In this document: in pieces, positions 62,094 through 64,000 of the stretch
Layout: every line of letters begins with the position of its first letter
Numbering within the stretch: the stretch's first letter is position 1
Source: Eledone cirrhosa
Lineage: Eukaryota
Direction: 5' to 3'
Assembly (NCBI GenBank): GCA_964016885.1
Contig: OZ024740.1
Location: 305,536,001 to 305,600,000, forward strand
Length of the DNA: 64,000 nt
Made by a program: the position numbers and the translations under genes
The notes under the pieces: model-generated
Told to the model about the DNA's origin: nothing
The model's database searches: none
Seen by the model: only the letters and a program-made list of their open reading frames with translations

Positions 62094-64000
62094 ATGAGTG
62101 AGTATGTGTACATACATATATGTATGCATAATTGTATGATTTCTGATATTACCTTCAAAGATTGATGTTTACTCAGTAATTTGCTGAATTTATCAAACTG
62201 GTCTACTTATACATTATTAGACATCAATAGGAAGTAGAGAGAGAGAGATGGAGAGAGAGAGAGATGGAAAGAGAGAGAGAGAGAGAGAGAGAGAAAGAGG
62301 GAGGGAGAGAGAGAAAGAGGGAGGGAGAGAGAGCAGAGGAACACCAGGAGAATTGTTGCTTTACCTTGTTGTCTTATTGTTATCGTTGAAGTAGTTAATG
62401 ATTTCTAACATAGAGACAAGGCCTCAAACGATTCTGATTTATACGGGAAGGAAAGCAAAGGAATGAAGGAGCCTCTACAGGGTCGCTCGCCCCGCTAGAA
62501 ATAGCAGCAATTACCCTGAAATAAAGTCTTGGAAAAATAGACGTTGGATAATGTGGTCATGGGGTCCCTTTATAGAGTAAAAACACGGGATAGCTATAGT
62601 TAGAATGGCTTTTGTAATCAGTCTGCCCGACTAAGGTTCAAAACAACGACAATAACAATTATAACGGTTTCTGTTTTAGGTACAAGGCCAACAACTTTTG
62701 GGGAAGGAGAAAGTCAAGAAATCGACTCCAGTGCCTTACTGGTACTTTATATTATCGACCCCCATAAGGTAAAATTAACCTCGGCGGGATTTTAAATCAG
62801 AATGTTAAGGGCCGTAATTCTATGCTACTAAGCAATCTGCTGCCAATCTGCCGCCCTAGCAATGACAATAATAATGATAACAAAGAGGAAAATATAGTTT
62901 CATGTTGAAAGGCCACCTCAAGTTACTTGAAACCATAATTATATATTCGTAAAATCTACATTATTTTGTAAAAATCTAATTACTATGTACTAATTATCTA
63001 AAAACAAAAACAAAAAAAAAAACGAAAAGGAAAAACTTAATTTTAAAGCTAACTACCTTTTAATGACTTCGTTGTGACTGCTCGTTGTAGGAAAGCATTT
63101 TGATATTTGGTTGCAACATGGAGGCTTTTATGATCTACTATTTTTAAAAATTCTGACTGCCTGTCTGTGGATTATTTCATTGAGTTTTCTTTTACTCTTT
63201 CGTATTTAAAAAACGTTCGTCTTATGGTATAACTTAAAATAGTAAGAGATAGACAAAAACATATTAATAAAAATTGAAAATTTGTTAGAAATGTTTTACT
63301 ATTTCAAAAGGTCGCACAAAATAACATAGAAGGCCGCAGGTTCCCCATCTCTTCTTTAGAAGAATGTAATAAAAGCATGAGAATCCACGATTATACTAAA
63401 TAACCTGTTTTCTTTTCTAAGATGATAGTGTAATTTGAAAGAGAGTTAGTTACTATTTCAAGTATATCGAGCTACTACTTAGAGGCCCCTTCCTTGACTC
63501 AATACTCCCTATAAATATGCAGCCATGTTCAAAGGTCTTCAGGGATTGCATTGCTTCAGTTGTTTGTAAATGGTATGAAGAATTTAGTTGTGAGTTGCTT
63601 ATGATCAGAAATGGTGTACTTTCCTTATATATATATATAGTTACTATAATTTGGAGTTGTTGAAGGCAACCAGATCGTCATGTCTTCATTGGAAGATGTT
63701 TTCAATATTTGTGTTCATGGCCATAGGTTTGCAAATGGTTACAGATGATTAAGGGATGGTATGATATACATCCGTTTGGGTAGAAGTAACAGTGAATAGG
63801 TCGTTGATGTACTGAAAAACAAACAAACAAACAAAAATCAAAAGCATAAGAACATAACCAATTCCTGAAGTACACAAGAATTAATGAATATTAGCGATTC
63901 TTATGTCAGATGTCCCTCTCCTCGAAGGCTTTACCAATGTTAAGGTCATCAACATTTCTTTAACCGAGAGTAACTGTACGAAGGAGGCAGTAGGATTGAT

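Overview
AT-rich, microsatellite- and TE-dense eukaryotic (animal) genomic DNA. The CORE-type and other tRNA-derived SINEs, RTE/Penelope/Tx1 content and (TA)n/(CA)n load suggest an octopus or other cephalopod (inference). Three protein genes can be reconstructed by hand. (1) Folliculin (FLCN), + strand, 9 coding exons, 7162-24147, 536 aa. (2) TMA7, - strand, 4 tiny coding exons, 38227-31021, 64 aa; it is missed by the ORF track and has a TOP/TCT-like start. (3) An intronless HAUS7-like ORF, - strand, 30149/30215-29136, under 0.9 kb downstream of the TMA7 stop with no obvious promoter of its own: a candidate bicistronic or promoter-sharing TMA7-HAUS7 unit. The rest is mobile DNA: a near-full-length PHD-finger RTE LINE in FLCN intron 4, two tandem Penelope-like elements (Naiad-like and Neptune-like), a Tx1/L1 element inserted in a CT-rich minisatellite, CRE and R4/Dong fragments, a non-autonomous Helitron, piggyBac-type and Tc1/pogo-type MITEs and several SINE families. 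At least four distinct families of minimal hammerhead-ribozyme motifs occur, mostly as inverted repeats typical of Penelope-like termini. TE boundaries were read by eye and are approximate unless a TSD or TIR is cited.
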